46,782 nt of DNA. Source: a virus. Lineage: Duplodnaviria > Caudoviricetes. Below, one piece after another: positions 8,851-17,920 of this stretch (positions within the stretch are counted from its first letter, which is position 1; each line of letters opens with the position of its first letter). Where the stretch lies: positions 1 to 46,782 of the IMG/VR virus record IMGVR_UViG_3300044667_000043; one strand, written 5' to 3'. The position numbers and the translations under genes are program-made. The notes under the pieces were generated by a model. It was given only the letters and a program-made list of their open reading frames with translations. It did no database searches and was not told where the DNA came from.

Positions 8851-11114
8851 GCACGCGCCCCATCGAGGACAATTCGCCAGCCTGGAACAAGTACCGTGTG
8901 CCCGTCTTCCGTGGGCTGTACGATTCCAAGATCGACACCGGCGAGGACTACGAGACCAAACCGCTCGCGACATTCTTTTCGATGCCGCCTTGGAACAAGG
9001 CGAAGGCCTCGGGCCCCGCGTTCGTTCCCTCGCTACACCACGACTACGACGCCCGGGAACACGCTTCGCAGCGAGAAAAGGGCCGGTTCGTCGCGCTCAC
9101 AGGCGACATCGATTCCGGCGACCACACGCTTGCCGCGGTCAAGGAAGCCGTGGAAGCCTTTGCCGGCAACGCTGCGCGGCTTATCTACAGCAGCCCGCAC
9201 GCGCGCCCCGGTGACATGCGCTGGCGGGTCATCCTGCCGCTGGACGAGCCGCAGCCGTTCGATACGTGGTACGACGCGCAGTCGGCATTCTTCGCCTTCA
9301 TGGAAGCGCGCGGGTTCGCCATGGACCATGCGCTGGCCCGTGCCGCGCAACCTGTGTTCCTCCCGAACGTGCCGCTCGAGCATGCCAAGTCCGGCGCCCC
9401 GCTGCGCGGAGAAGGCGCCGCGCCGCTCTACTACGTCACCGAGACGAACGGCACCGATGCGCCCGGCCTGCCACTCGACGTTGGCCCGGTAAGCGAAGGC
9501 ATTGCTGCGATCAGGCTGCGCCGCGTCGAAGACGAGAGGGCGCGGGAACAAGTCCGCCGCGAGGCCGAGGCTCGCCGTGCGGCCAAGCCCCGGGGCGAAA
9601 GCGCCTCTCTCATCGACGACTTCAATTCGGCCAACAGCGTCGCGGCAATGCTCGAGCTGTGCGGCTATGAGCAATCGCCCCGCAGCGCCGAGGACTGGCG
9701 ATCGCCGCATCAGACCGGCGACACTTACGCGACCCGCATCATCGGGTCCAAGTGGGTGTCGCTGTCGGCTTCTGATGCCGCGGCCGGCGTTGGAGAGAAG
9801 TGCAAGTCAGGCTGCTTCGGCGACGCCTACGACCTTTTTGTCCACTACAAGCATGGCGGCGACCACAAGGCCGCATACCGAGCTCTCGGACAGGAGCGGC
9901 GTGACGCCAACATCTATTATCTCCCGCAGGCCGAGCCGCCTGAGTGGATGAACCAGGCGCCACCGTATGAGGACATGCCTGAATGGGCGGAGATCGAGCC
10001 GGTTCTGGACGAGCCTGAGGTTCTTGAACCGCAACAGCCTACTCAACTTCCGGTGTTTAGCCCGGCGGACTGGCAAGGCGTTCAGGCACCCGAGCGCGTT
10101 TGGCGTTGGGAAAACTTCATCCCGGATCTGCAAGCAACACTCCTGACCGGAGCAGGCGCCGCTGGAAAGTCGCTCGCCACGCAGCAGCAGTCGACATGCA
10201 TCGCCATGGGCATACCGTTCCTAGGCGTTCCAGTCCGCCAAGCGCCCGCTCTCTATATCACCTGCGAGGATGACATGGAGGAGCTGCATCGGCGCCAGGA
10301 GGCAATTTGCGCGTCGCTCGGCATCACCATGGAGGAAACGCGCGGCAAGCTCTTCCTGCTGTCCCTGCAGGGCGCCATAGGAAACGAGCTCGCAACTTTT
10401 GCGCCCGACGGAAAGATGTCCGTGGCGCCGCGATATTTCGAGATCGAAAGCCTCTGCCTCGAACTCGGTATCAAGCACGTCACGATCGACAACACCGCGC
10501 ATACATTCGCCGGCAACGAGAACGACCGTCACCAGGTCGCAGCCTACGTCGGTTTGAACAACAAACTGGCGCTGACGATCGGCGGCAGTGTGGTCATGGT
10601 CGGGCATCCCAACAAGGCTGGCGACAGCTATTCGGGATCTACGGCATGGGAAAACCAAGTGCGCTCACGCCTCTACCTTGAGGTGCCCAAGAGCGGCGAG
10701 GAGGGAGCTCCAATCGACCCCGATATGCGCGTCCTGCGCAACGAGAAGGCCAACTATTCACAGCGCGGCGCAGAGGTCCGGTTCTTCTGGGCCAAGGGCG
10801 CATTCGTGCTCGAGGAGGCCCTGTCGCAGGAGGATCGCGACACTAGCGCATCGACCCAAGCCTTCCATGAGAACAAGCTGTTTCTCAGCCTGCTAGACAT
10901 GCTGACTGAGCAGCGCCGAAACGTCTCACACAAGCCCCGCGCAGGAAATTACGCGCCCAAGATCATGGCAGGGATGCCGGCGGCCAAGGGCTACTCCAAG
11001 GCGAATTTCGAGCGCGCCATGGAGCGCCTTTTCATGCTCGAGGAGATCGTCGCGGACGCCCAATTGTGGCTCGGAAAAGACCGTCATCCAGTCATCGGAC
11101 TAGGGAGGAAATGA
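8847..11114 (+). CDS. Primase-helicase (primase-like N-terminus plus RepA/AAA_25 helicase)
   Basis: DID, YSSPH, RWRVILPL, DHA N-terminal motifs; Walker A GAGAAGKS, CEDD, IDN, GH..K, GSTAW, EKANY. Confidence 0.9.
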   Translation: MSTRPIEDNSPAWNKYRVPVFRGLYDSKIDTGEDYETKPLATFFSMPPWNKAKASGPAFVPSLHHDYDAREHASQREKGRFVALTGDIDSGDHTLAAVKEAVEAFAGNAARLIYSSPHARPGDMRWRVILPLDEPQPFDTWYDAQSAFFAFMEARGFAMDHALARAAQPVFLPNVPLEHAKSGAPLRGEGAAPLYYVTETNGTDAPGLPLDVGPVSEGIAAIRLRRVEDERAREQVRREAEARRAAKPRGESASLIDDFNSANSVAAMLELCGYEQSPRSAEDWRSPHQTGDTYATRIIGSKWVSLSASDAAAGVGEKCKSGCFGDAYDLFVHYKHGGDHKAAYRALGQERRDANIYYLPQAEPPEWMNQAPPYEDMPEWAEIEPVLDEPEVLEPQQPTQLPVFSPADWQGVQAPERVWRWENFIPDLQATLLTGAGAAGKSLATQQQSTCIAMGIPFLGVPVRQAPALYITCEDDMEELHRRQEAICASLGITMEETRGKLFLLSLQGAIGNELATFAPDGKMSVAPRYFEIESLCLELGIKHVTIDNTAHTFAGNENDRHQVAAYVGLNNKLALTIGGSVVMVGHPNKAGDSYSGSTAWENQVRSRLYLEVPKSGEEGAPIDPDMRVLRNEKANYSQRGAEVRFFWAKGAFVLEEALSQEDRDTSASTQAFHENKLFLSLLDMLTEQRRNVSHKPRAGNYAPKIMAGMPAAKGYSKANFERAMERLFMLEEIVADAQLWLGKDRHPVIGLGRK

Positions 11115-11118
11115 TGGC

Positions 11119-11279
11119 TGCGGGACGGTCAAATGGCTGCGGGACGGTGCGGGACGGTCGTTTGCAAGTCATTGATTTTATTGCGGGAAGGTCTGCGGGA
11201 CGGTTTGCGGGACGGTGCGGGACGGTCGCACGTAAGTCGTTGAAATTGCTTGCGGGTCGGTTGCGGGACGGTGCGGGTT
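11119..11279 (+). repeat. Ten TGCGGGACGG iteron-like repeats with IHF-like spacers; putative origin
   Basis: Copies at 11119, 11138, 11148, 11182, 11194, 11206, 11216, 11251, 11262, 11272 (three imperfect). Confidence 0.85.
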
Positions 11280-11404
11280 CATTCCCCCTATACTACGTAT
11301 ACCCCCCGAGGCGCCGCCTCCCGGCTCGGCGCGCCTCGGTATCGGTGTGTTTTATCGCCTCCAAAATCGCCCACCGCCACCACCTCGCAACAGGGAGCTA
11401 ACGA

Positions 11405-11689
11405 ATGACGCTCTCCCGCTGCCACATCACCGCCCATGCGATCGAGCGCGCCATGGAGCGCATCCCGGGCATCGATACGATCGAGCAGGCAAGAGCCTTC
11501 CTCAACACCCCAGCCATACGCCAAGCCGCCGACTTCGGGGCGCCATACGTCAGACTCGGCACTGGTCAGCGTATCGTGATCCACCAGCACAGCGTCGTGA
11601 CGATCCTTCCCGCCGATACGTGGGCCTGCACGCTCGGGAGGGACAGGGACGTGTTGCATGGGCGGGCATTGGAAAGGGGGAACCGATGA
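11405..11689 (+). CDS. Hypothetical protein, RelE/DUF4258-like pattern
   Basis: ITAHAIER..ER N-terminus and VVTIL C-terminal strand. Confidence 0.6.
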   Translation: MTLSRCHITAHAIERAMERIPGIDTIEQARAFLNTPAIRQAADFGAPYVRLGTGQRIVIHQHSVVTILPADTWACTLGRDRDVLHGRALERGNR

Positions 11690-11886
11690 AGCAGAGCAAT
11701 CGCCGCAAACCGCCGCCGACGGGTTTTGCCGAGACGTTTATTCGCTGGGGCTGGCGAGGTGTCGAGACGGCATTCGGGGCACGCACACCCTGCAACCGGC
11801 GCTGGATTTCCGAATGTGGCGGAGACGATCTCATTGCTTCCCGCCGCGCCTATCGCGAACAACTCCGCACGCTGAGGTCCGCATGA
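11686..11886 (+). CDS. Hypothetical protein
   Basis: MKQSNRRKPPP...; ATGA-coupled at both ends. Confidence 0.6.
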   Translation: MKQSNRRKPPPTGFAETFIRWGWRGVETAFGARTPCNRRWISECGGDDLIASRRAYREQLRTLRSA

Positions 11887-12167
11887 TGGTCCCCCTTGAT
11901 CACCGCGCCGTCGAGGTATCGTTCACCCGCTATGCCATGTGCGTCGAGCTCTCCGACGGCCGGAAAATCTGCGCACCGCTCGAATGGTTTCCCGCGCTCG
12001 ACTGCGCCGCACCGACCAGGCGGGACCACTGGGAAATCCTCGACGACGGCAATACGCTGCATTGGCCCTACCTGGGCGAGCGGATCTCGATGGCGTTCCT
12101 CATGTCACTCAAGGCCGGCGAGTCCGTAGCGCTGGGCGGCGTTGCGGCGGCAGGGGGGAAAGCATGA
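11883..12167 (+). CDS. DUF2442-family protein
   Basis: V.LSDGR.I.APL.WFP.L..A....R..WE....G..LHWP.L.E.IS signature. Confidence 0.85.
   Translation: MMVPLDHRAVEVSFTRYAMCVELSDGRKICAPLEWFPALDCAAPTRRDHWEILDDGNTLHWPYLGERISMAFLMSLKAGESVALGGVAAAGGKA
12121..12163 (+). promoter_or_regulatory. Late-promoter motif copy (AGTCCGTAG) before terS
   Basis: Motif ends 34 nt before ATG 12164. Confidence 0.55.
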
Positions 12168-12568
12168 CGAGAGGACGTACAGTTCGGCCAGATCGCGCGC
12201 GCGAGACGTTCCTCCGGGTGCTTGCGGACACCTGCAACGTCTCGGAAGCGTGTCGCACTGCCAACATTGGGCGCACCACTGCCTACGAGTGGCGCGAGGC
12301 CGACCCATCGTTCGCCGCAGCTTGGAAGGATGCCGAAGAGGCTGCGGCGGACAAGCTCGAGCGTGAGGCTTGGCGTCGAGCAGTCGAAGGCACTGATAAG
12401 CCCGTCACGTTCCAGGGCGTGATAACGGCGACCTACAAGGAATATTCCGACCGGATGCTCGAGATCCTGTTAAAGGCTCACCGGCCTGAGAAATTCGTCG
12501 AGAAGTCGAAGGTTGAGCACTCCGGCGGGGTGAGCATCACGGTCTCGCAGGAGGATGCGGGGCTGTGA
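12164..12568 (+). CDS. terS: Terminase small subunit
   Basis: FL..LA...NVS.AC....IGRTT.Y.WR..D..FA..W; EA.RRAVEG; YSD..L..LLK..RPEKF. Confidence 0.88.
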   Translation: MTRGRTVRPDRARETFLRVLADTCNVSEACRTANIGRTTAYEWREADPSFAAAWKDAEEAAADKLEREAWRRAVEGTDKPVTFQGVITATYKEYSDRMLEILLKAHRPEKFVEKSKVEHSGGVSITVSQEDAGL

Positions 12569-12738
12569 GGTTCTGGCAGGCCATCGTCGTCTCACAATTG
12601 GTGGCCGGCTCAGTCTATGCTGATCGCTTCCATGGGGTCGTTCAACACGCTCTGGTCGAGGGCAGTTCTTTGCTTCTCGGCGCGGTGCTGTGGTGGATAG
12701 GCAAACGGGCGTGGGGCACGGAGCGCAGTTCACATTGA
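12565..12738 (+). CDS. 57-aa hydrophobic peptide between terS and terL (not in ORF track)
   Basis: GTGA overlap with terS stop and TTGA overlap with terL start; MRFWQAIVVSQLVAG...LLLGAVLWWIGKRAW. Confidence 0.55.
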   Translation: MRFWQAIVVSQLVAGSVYADRFHGVVQHALVEGSSLLLGAVLWWIGKRAWGTERSSH

Positions 12739-14810
12739 CAGCCCGCCTCACCCCCAAGCAGCGCGAAGCCAACCGCCTACTCGCCGGCCCGGCCCGCAAC
12801 ATCATGCTCCGCGGCGGCTCGCGCTCAGGCAAGACATTCCTGCTCTGCCGCGCGATCGTGCAGCGCGCCATCAACGCGCCGGCATCCCGGCATGCGATCT
12901 TCCGTTTTCGGTTCAACCACGCGAAGACGAGCATATGGGCCGACACGCTGCCCAAGGTGCTTAAGCTGTGCTTCCCGACGCTGCGCGCCCGGTTCGACAA
13001 GACCGACTTCTATGTCGAACTGCCGAATGGCTCGCAAATCTGGATCGCCGGCCTCGATGACAGCGACCGCGTCGAGAAGATCCTCGGCGCCGAGTACTGC
13101 GTCGATCCTGACGCCAAAATCTTGACTTCGGACCTTCGCTGGGTCGCTGCGCGAGATGTACAGGTCGGCGACGAGTTGATCGGATTTCCTGAGGATCTGG
13201 AGGGACATTGCACCCTGCAGCCGAGCAAGGTTGAGCGCGCGGATATCATTCAGGCCGAGCGCTACCGCATCACAACCGACAAGGGCGTGACCATCGTCTC
13301 CGCGCAGCACAAGATGGTCTGCCAGTACGATGACAGGCGTCACCGCGACGCCCGTAAATTCTCATGGAAGATGGCCCGCGACCTAGAGGTTGGCGACCTG
13401 GTCCGCCACGCATGCGAGCCCTGGGAAGTCACTGACAGCCGGGAGGATGGTTGGTTTGCTGGCATGCTCGATGGCGAAGGATGGGTGACGCGGCAGCATG
13501 TCGGCGTTGCGCAGTGTCGCGGTCCCGTGCTCGATGCGTTGAAGTGTTGGTTGAAGCGCAAAGGTGTGGACCACCATGAATACCTCTATGCCCCTGCGAA
13601 GATTGGGAAGAAGGGTCAGTGTATCCAGCTTCGCGCCATGGGGTTGTGGCCGTCAATGCGGCTTCTCGGAATAGCGCGCCCCATGCGCTTGCAAAGCCGA
13701 GGTGTGTGGGAGGGGCGGCGCGCATTCACGAGCGGCGGCTTTGTTGCTCGGATCCTGAAGATTGAGCCGCTCGGTATGGGGCCGGTCGTCTCGCTCGGCA
13801 CATCGACACGCACATTCATCGCCGACGGATTCCTCGCGCACAACTGCACGCTGTACTTCAACGAATCGTCGCAAATCCCTTGGGGCTCGATCGAGACGGC
13901 CATGTCCCGGCTCGCTCAGAAGTGCGAGCTGGCCCCTGAGATCGCCGCGGCAACGGGCCGCACGCATCTGGCGCTCAAAGCCTACTTCGACTGCAACCCG
14001 CCATCGAAACTCCACTGGTCATATCAGCTCTTCCGGCAGAAGCTGAAGCCCGGCACCAAGGAGCCGCAGCCGAACCCAGACGACTACGTCGAGATGAAGA
14101 TCAACCCGGACGACAACCGGGAGAACCTGCCCGAGGAATATTTCGACGTGCTGGACAGCATGAGCGCCGCCAAGCGCCTGCGGTTCAAGGATGGGGAATG
14201 GGCGAGCGAGGTCAATGGCGCGCTGTGGTCTCTGGAGGACCGCAGGAGCCACGACGATCGCGTGTTGCCGGGCATCGACAGCCTGCGCCTTGCCGAAGCG
14301 CCGCAGCTTCGCCGCATCGTGGTCGCAGTCGACCCGTCGGGCACGAAAGGCGACGGCTCAGGCGACGACATCGGCATCGTGGTGGCCGGCCTCGGTATGG
14401 ACGGACATGGATACGTGCTCGAGGATGCGACCTGCCAAATGGGCCCGGAAGGCTGGGGTCGGCGCACGGTGGAGCGCTATGGCCACTGGCGCGCCGATCG
14501 TGTCATCGGCGAGGCGAACTTCGGCGGCGACATGGTGCGCTTCACCGTGGCCACAGCCGACCGCAGCGTGCCCTACAAGGACGTGAAGGCATCGCGCGGC
14601 AAGGCTGTGCGTGCCGAGCCCATCTCAGCCCTCTACGAGCAAGGGAAGGTCCATCACGTCGGCACGTTCCCCGACCTCGAGGACCAGATGTGCAACTTCA
14701 CGGCGTCGGGCTACGTCGGTGAAGGCTCACCCGACCGAGCTGATGCGCTGGTGTGGGCGCTGACGGAGTTGATGCTTGAGGGGAAGGCGTCGGCGTTCGA
14801 TGCACTTTAG
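12735..14810 (+). CDS. terL: Terminase large subunit, intein-containing
   Basis: Walker A GGSRSGKT, Walker B-like LYFNE, DCNP, nuclease VAVDP and SPDRADA; likely TTG start. Confidence 0.93.
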   Translation: MTARLTPKQREANRLLAGPARNIMLRGGSRSGKTFLLCRAIVQRAINAPASRHAIFRFRFNHAKTSIWADTLPKVLKLCFPTLRARFDKTDFYVELPNGSQIWIAGLDDSDRVEKILGAEYCVDPDAKILTSDLRWVAARDVQVGDELIGFPEDLEGHCTLQPSKVERADIIQAERYRITTDKGVTIVSAQHKMVCQYDDRRHRDARKFSWKMARDLEVGDLVRHACEPWEVTDSREDGWFAGMLDGEGWVTRQHVGVAQCRGPVLDALKCWLKRKGVDHHEYLYAPAKIGKKGQCIQLRAMGLWPSMRLLGIARPMRLQSRGVWEGRRAFTSGGFVARILKIEPLGMGPVVSLGTSTRTFIADGFLAHNCTLYFNESSQIPWGSIETAMSRLAQKCELAPEIAAATGRTHLALKAYFDCNPPSKLHWSYQLFRQKLKPGTKEPQPNPDDYVEMKINPDDNRENLPEEYFDVLDSMSAAKRLRFKDGEWASEVNGALWSLEDRRSHDDRVLPGIDSLRLAEAPQLRRIVVAVDPSGTKGDGSGDDIGIVVAGLGMDGHGYVLEDATCQMGPEGWGRRTVERYGHWRADRVIGEANFGGDMVRFTVATADRSVPYKDVKASRGKAVRAEPISALYEQGKVHHVGTFPDLEDQMCNFTASGYVGEGSPDRADALVWALTELMLEGKASAFDAL
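13098..13844 (+). mobile_element. Intein (249 aa) with one clear LAGLIDADG motif
   Basis: GAEY|CVDPDAKILT...SAQHK...FAGMLDGEG...TFIADGFLAHN|CTLYFNE. Confidence 0.93.
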
Positions 14811-14974
14811 CGGCGACCGTTCGCCACTTCCATCCCTTTGAGTAGGCCGACCTGGAAAGGCGTTTTCCCAGCTGGCGTGGCTGGTTGGGCGGGAATTGCT
14901 GGAAGGGCGGCGTTATTGCCTGCAATAGCTCTATAGCCTTCGATGAACCCATCTCGATATGTGTCGCCAGGCAT
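14807..14974 (-). CDS. Antisense moron, 55 aa
   Basis: AAGGAG SD; MPGDTYRDGFIEGY...; convergent with terL. Confidence 0.6.
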   Translation of the reverse strand: MPGDTYRDGFIEGYRAIAGNNAALPAIPAQPATPAGKTPFQVGLLKGMEVANGRR

Positions 14975-14989
14975 AACTCTCTCCTTGTC

Positions 14990-15030
14990 CGTCCGTAGCA
15001 ATAGCCACGCTATGCCAGCACCCCAGCACC
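14990..15030 (+). promoter_or_regulatory. Late-promoter motif CGTCCGTAG before portal
   Basis: Motif ends 32 nt before ATG 15031; no SD. Confidence 0.7.
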
Positions 15031-16920
15031 ATGGGCAAGGTTCTGCAACTCGTGGCCGACGGCCTCGCCAACGTCCTGACCGGCCGCGGGACCACGGTCG
15101 ACCGCAGCACCGCCAATTTCTGGATGCGCCGGTTCACCGATCGGCACCAGGTCGAGCAGGCCTATCTCGCGTCGTGGCTGCACCGGAAGATTGTAGACGT
15201 TCCTGCGCAGGATATGACCCGTGCCGGCCGCGATTGGGATGCGACCGACGATGAGATCGCCAAGATTGAGGCGGAGGAGAAGCGGCTCGGTTATTGGGCC
15301 AAACTGCGCGAGGCTGTGCGTCTCGGCCGTCTAGGCGGCGGTGCTATCCTGATCGGGCTCGGCGATGACCCCTCGCAAGCCCTGCCCAACTCGATCAGCG
15401 CCGGCCAGGTTCAGTACCTCATGGTGCTGTCGCGCTGGCAGCTATCGCTCGGCGATCTTGAGACCGACCCCGCCTCGCCGAACTTCCTGCAGCCGCGGTA
15501 CTTTCGCCTGTCGGGGATCGCAGCGCAAGTCGACATCCACCCGTCGCGCCTCGTCTGCTTCCATGGACTGCCGGTGCCGCCGAACACACAGGGTGTCACG
15601 CAGGAGGATCGCTTCTGGGGCATCTCGGTCGTCGAGGCATGTGACGAGGCGGTTCAGCAGGCGACGACCGCATGCGCAGGGTTCGCATCGCTGATCGATG
15701 AGGCGAAGATCGACGTTTATCGGTTCGATCAGTTGGCGGAAAAGCTGGTGCAGGGCCAGGAAGACACGATCATCAAGCGGGTCGAGCTGACCAACACGGG
15801 CAAGTCTGTCCATCGTGCCGTGATCCTCGACAAAAACGACGAATGGGATCAGCGGCAGCTCACCCTTTCCGGCGTGCGCGACGTGATCATCACCTATGAC
15901 GCGCGTGTCGCCGGCGCCGCGGACATCCCGGCCACTCGCCTGTTCGGCAAATCCCCCGATGGCCAGAACAGCACCGGTGAATCGGATCTCGCGAACTACG
16001 ACCAGAGCATCGGCGCGAAGCAGGAGATGGATCTTCGCCCCGCGATGGAACGCCTTGACGCGGTCGTGCTGCCGAGTGCCGGCGTGACCGAGGAAGGTCT
16101 GACGTGGTCGTTCTCCCCGCTGCGGGTGCTGAGCGAAAAAGACCTCGCCGACATCGAGAACAAGGAAGCGGACACCGTCTCAAAGATCGTCAATGCCGCG
16201 GTAATCCCGGAAAGCGCGATGGCCAAGGCGGTGCAGAACCGTCTCATCGAGAGCCAGCGTTGGCCGGGGCTGCAGGACGCGATCGACGAAGCCAATGCTG
16301 CGAGCGAGGAATTGCCCGGCAATGAATCCGAGATGGGCATCGTGCCCATCGGCGTGGAAGGAGGTGATCCGAACCAACCCGCCGGTCAGGGTGGGCCTGG
16401 AAGTCGACCCACCCGCCGTGCCGCGAATGACGCGTGGTTCTTCGCCGACGCGACCGCGAAGCCGCTTTACGTGCAGCGCAAGCTTCTGAACGCTGCCGAT
16501 CTCATCACGTGGGCCAAGTCGCAAGGGTTCACCACGACGCTGCCGGCCAGCGAAATGCATGTGACCGTGCTCTACTCGCGCCAGGCCGTCGATCCGATGA
16601 AGCTGGGCGAATCCTGGTCGAGCGACGCTGATGGGGGTCTGGTGGTCAAGGCCGGCGGCCCGCGGGCGGTGGAAAGGCTCGGCGAGAATGCGGTCGTGCT
16701 GCTGTTCTCGTCATGGGCGCTGTCATCACGCCATGCGGAGATGGTTGCGGCCGGGGCGAGCCACGATTGGCCCGAGTATCAGCCGCATGTGACAATTTCG
16801 TTCAGCGCCGAGGGCGTCGATCTTGACGCGATCAAGCCGTTCACCGGCGAGCTGCGGTTCGGGCCGGAGGAATTCAGCCCGCTCGATCTCGATTGGAAGC
16901 AGAAGGTCAGCGAGGAATGA
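15031..16920 (+). CDS. DUF1073-type portal fused to a C-terminal Acb1-like 2H phosphoesterase
   Basis: KIVDVPA.DMTR, IHPSRL, WG.SV, AGAADIPATRLFGKSP.G.NSTGESD..NY; C-terminal HVT (16558) and HVT (16786). Confidence 0.9.
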   Translation: MGKVLQLVADGLANVLTGRGTTVDRSTANFWMRRFTDRHQVEQAYLASWLHRKIVDVPAQDMTRAGRDWDATDDEIAKIEAEEKRLGYWAKLREAVRLGRLGGGAILIGLGDDPSQALPNSISAGQVQYLMVLSRWQLSLGDLETDPASPNFLQPRYFRLSGIAAQVDIHPSRLVCFHGLPVPPNTQGVTQEDRFWGISVVEACDEAVQQATTACAGFASLIDEAKIDVYRFDQLAEKLVQGQEDTIIKRVELTNTGKSVHRAVILDKNDEWDQRQLTLSGVRDVIITYDARVAGAADIPATRLFGKSPDGQNSTGESDLANYDQSIGAKQEMDLRPAMERLDAVVLPSAGVTEEGLTWSFSPLRVLSEKDLADIENKEADTVSKIVNAAVIPESAMAKAVQNRLIESQRWPGLQDAIDEANAASEELPGNESEMGIVPIGVEGGDPNQPAGQGGPGSRPTRRAANDAWFFADATAKPLYVQRKLLNAADLITWAKSQGFTTTLPASEMHVTVLYSRQAVDPMKLGESWSSDADGGLVVKAGGPRAVERLGENAVVLLFSSWALSSRHAEMVAAGASHDWPEYQPHVTISFSAEGVDLDAIKPFTGELRFGPEEFSPLDLDWKQKVSEE

Positions 16921-17063
16921 AGCACGAACTGGTCCTTGAGGTCGATATGCGCGCCGCGTTGGTCGCCTTGGCAGTGATGAAGCCGGTCGTGTTCTTGCGT
17001 CTTCTCTCGGCCGAGCGCGCGGCCAGCATCGTGGTGAAGCTGATCCGCATTCGCGCGCGCTGA
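16917..17063 (+). CDS. 48-aa hydrophobic/basic peptide (not in ORF track)
   Basis: ATGA overlap with portal and TGATG overlap with the next gene; MKHELVLEVDMRAALVALAV... Confidence 0.5.
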   Translation: MKHELVLEVDMRAALVALAVMKPVVFLRLLSAERAASIVVKLIRIRAR

Positions 17064-17911
17064 TGGCTCTCGACCTCACCGCTCTCGCGCGCCAGCGGGG
17101 CAAGCGCCGCAATCTGACCCTCCGCCCGATTCAACCGACCCAGGCGCAGGCCACCGACCTCGCGCTGATCCTCGCGCCCGCATGGCAGGTCTGGCGTGAC
17201 GCCCTCGACAGGATCATGGCGGGATACGATCCGCCGCCGCTGACCGGCGATATGCTCACCCTCGACAGCCCCGCGCAGATCCAGTCGACGTTCGACGCGA
17301 CCGCAGCCGATTTCATCTCGCGCCTCGTCGCGACAATCACGCCGGGCCTGCGACGCTATGCCGTGCGCCTCGAGCAATGGCACCGGTCGAAGTGGGCCGC
17401 CGCGGTGAAGGCTGCGACCGATGTGGACCTATCGACCATCCTGACCGCCCAGCCCGTCAGCGAAACCCTCGACGTCTGGCTCGCGCGCAACGTGGCGTTG
17501 GTGAAGAACATCTCTGAGCAGGCGCAGGGCCGCATTTCCGACGCCGTGTTCAATGGCTTCCAGCAGCGTTTGCCAGCGCGGGAGGTCGCCAAGGCGATCC
17601 GCGAGGCAACAGGCATGGCGCGCGACCGATCGGTACGCATCGCGTCCGACCAGTCGAGCAAGCTCAGCGCAGCCCTCGATCGCGAGCGGCAGGCCGAGGC
17701 GGGCATCACGCTATTCAGATGGCGATCCTCGCACAAACTGCATCCGCGATCCTGGCACGCCGCGCGTGACGGCAAGGTATTCGAGCTCAAGTCGGGCAAG
17801 CCTTACCAGCGCGCAGGCGAGGCTATCCCGGCCGATGACCGGGCGGGTGTCCCGCCATTCTGTGGTTGCCGCGAGCAGGCCTATCTTCCCATAATGGATG
17901 AACCCGGCTAG
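17063..17911 (+). CDS. Minor head protein (Mu gpF/SPP1 gp7 family)
   Basis: RIASDQSSKL, AGI..FRW.SS, H..RDGK.F, PPFCGC. Confidence 0.85.
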   Translation: MALDLTALARQRGKRRNLTLRPIQPTQAQATDLALILAPAWQVWRDALDRIMAGYDPPPLTGDMLTLDSPAQIQSTFDATAADFISRLVATITPGLRRYAVRLEQWHRSKWAAAVKAATDVDLSTILTAQPVSETLDVWLARNVALVKNISEQAQGRISDAVFNGFQQRLPAREVAKAIREATGMARDRSVRIASDQSSKLSAALDRERQAEAGITLFRWRSSHKLHPRSWHAARDGKVFELKSGKPYQRAGEAIPADDRAGVPPFCGCREQAYLPIMDEPG

Positions 17912-17920
17912 TCTTGTCGG

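Noticed and set aside
11066-11401. 111-aa ORF over the iteron array, or a mini-CRISPR
   Set aside because: The translation just mirrors the 10-bp DNA repeat in shifting frames; spacers are too short and irregular for CRISPR.
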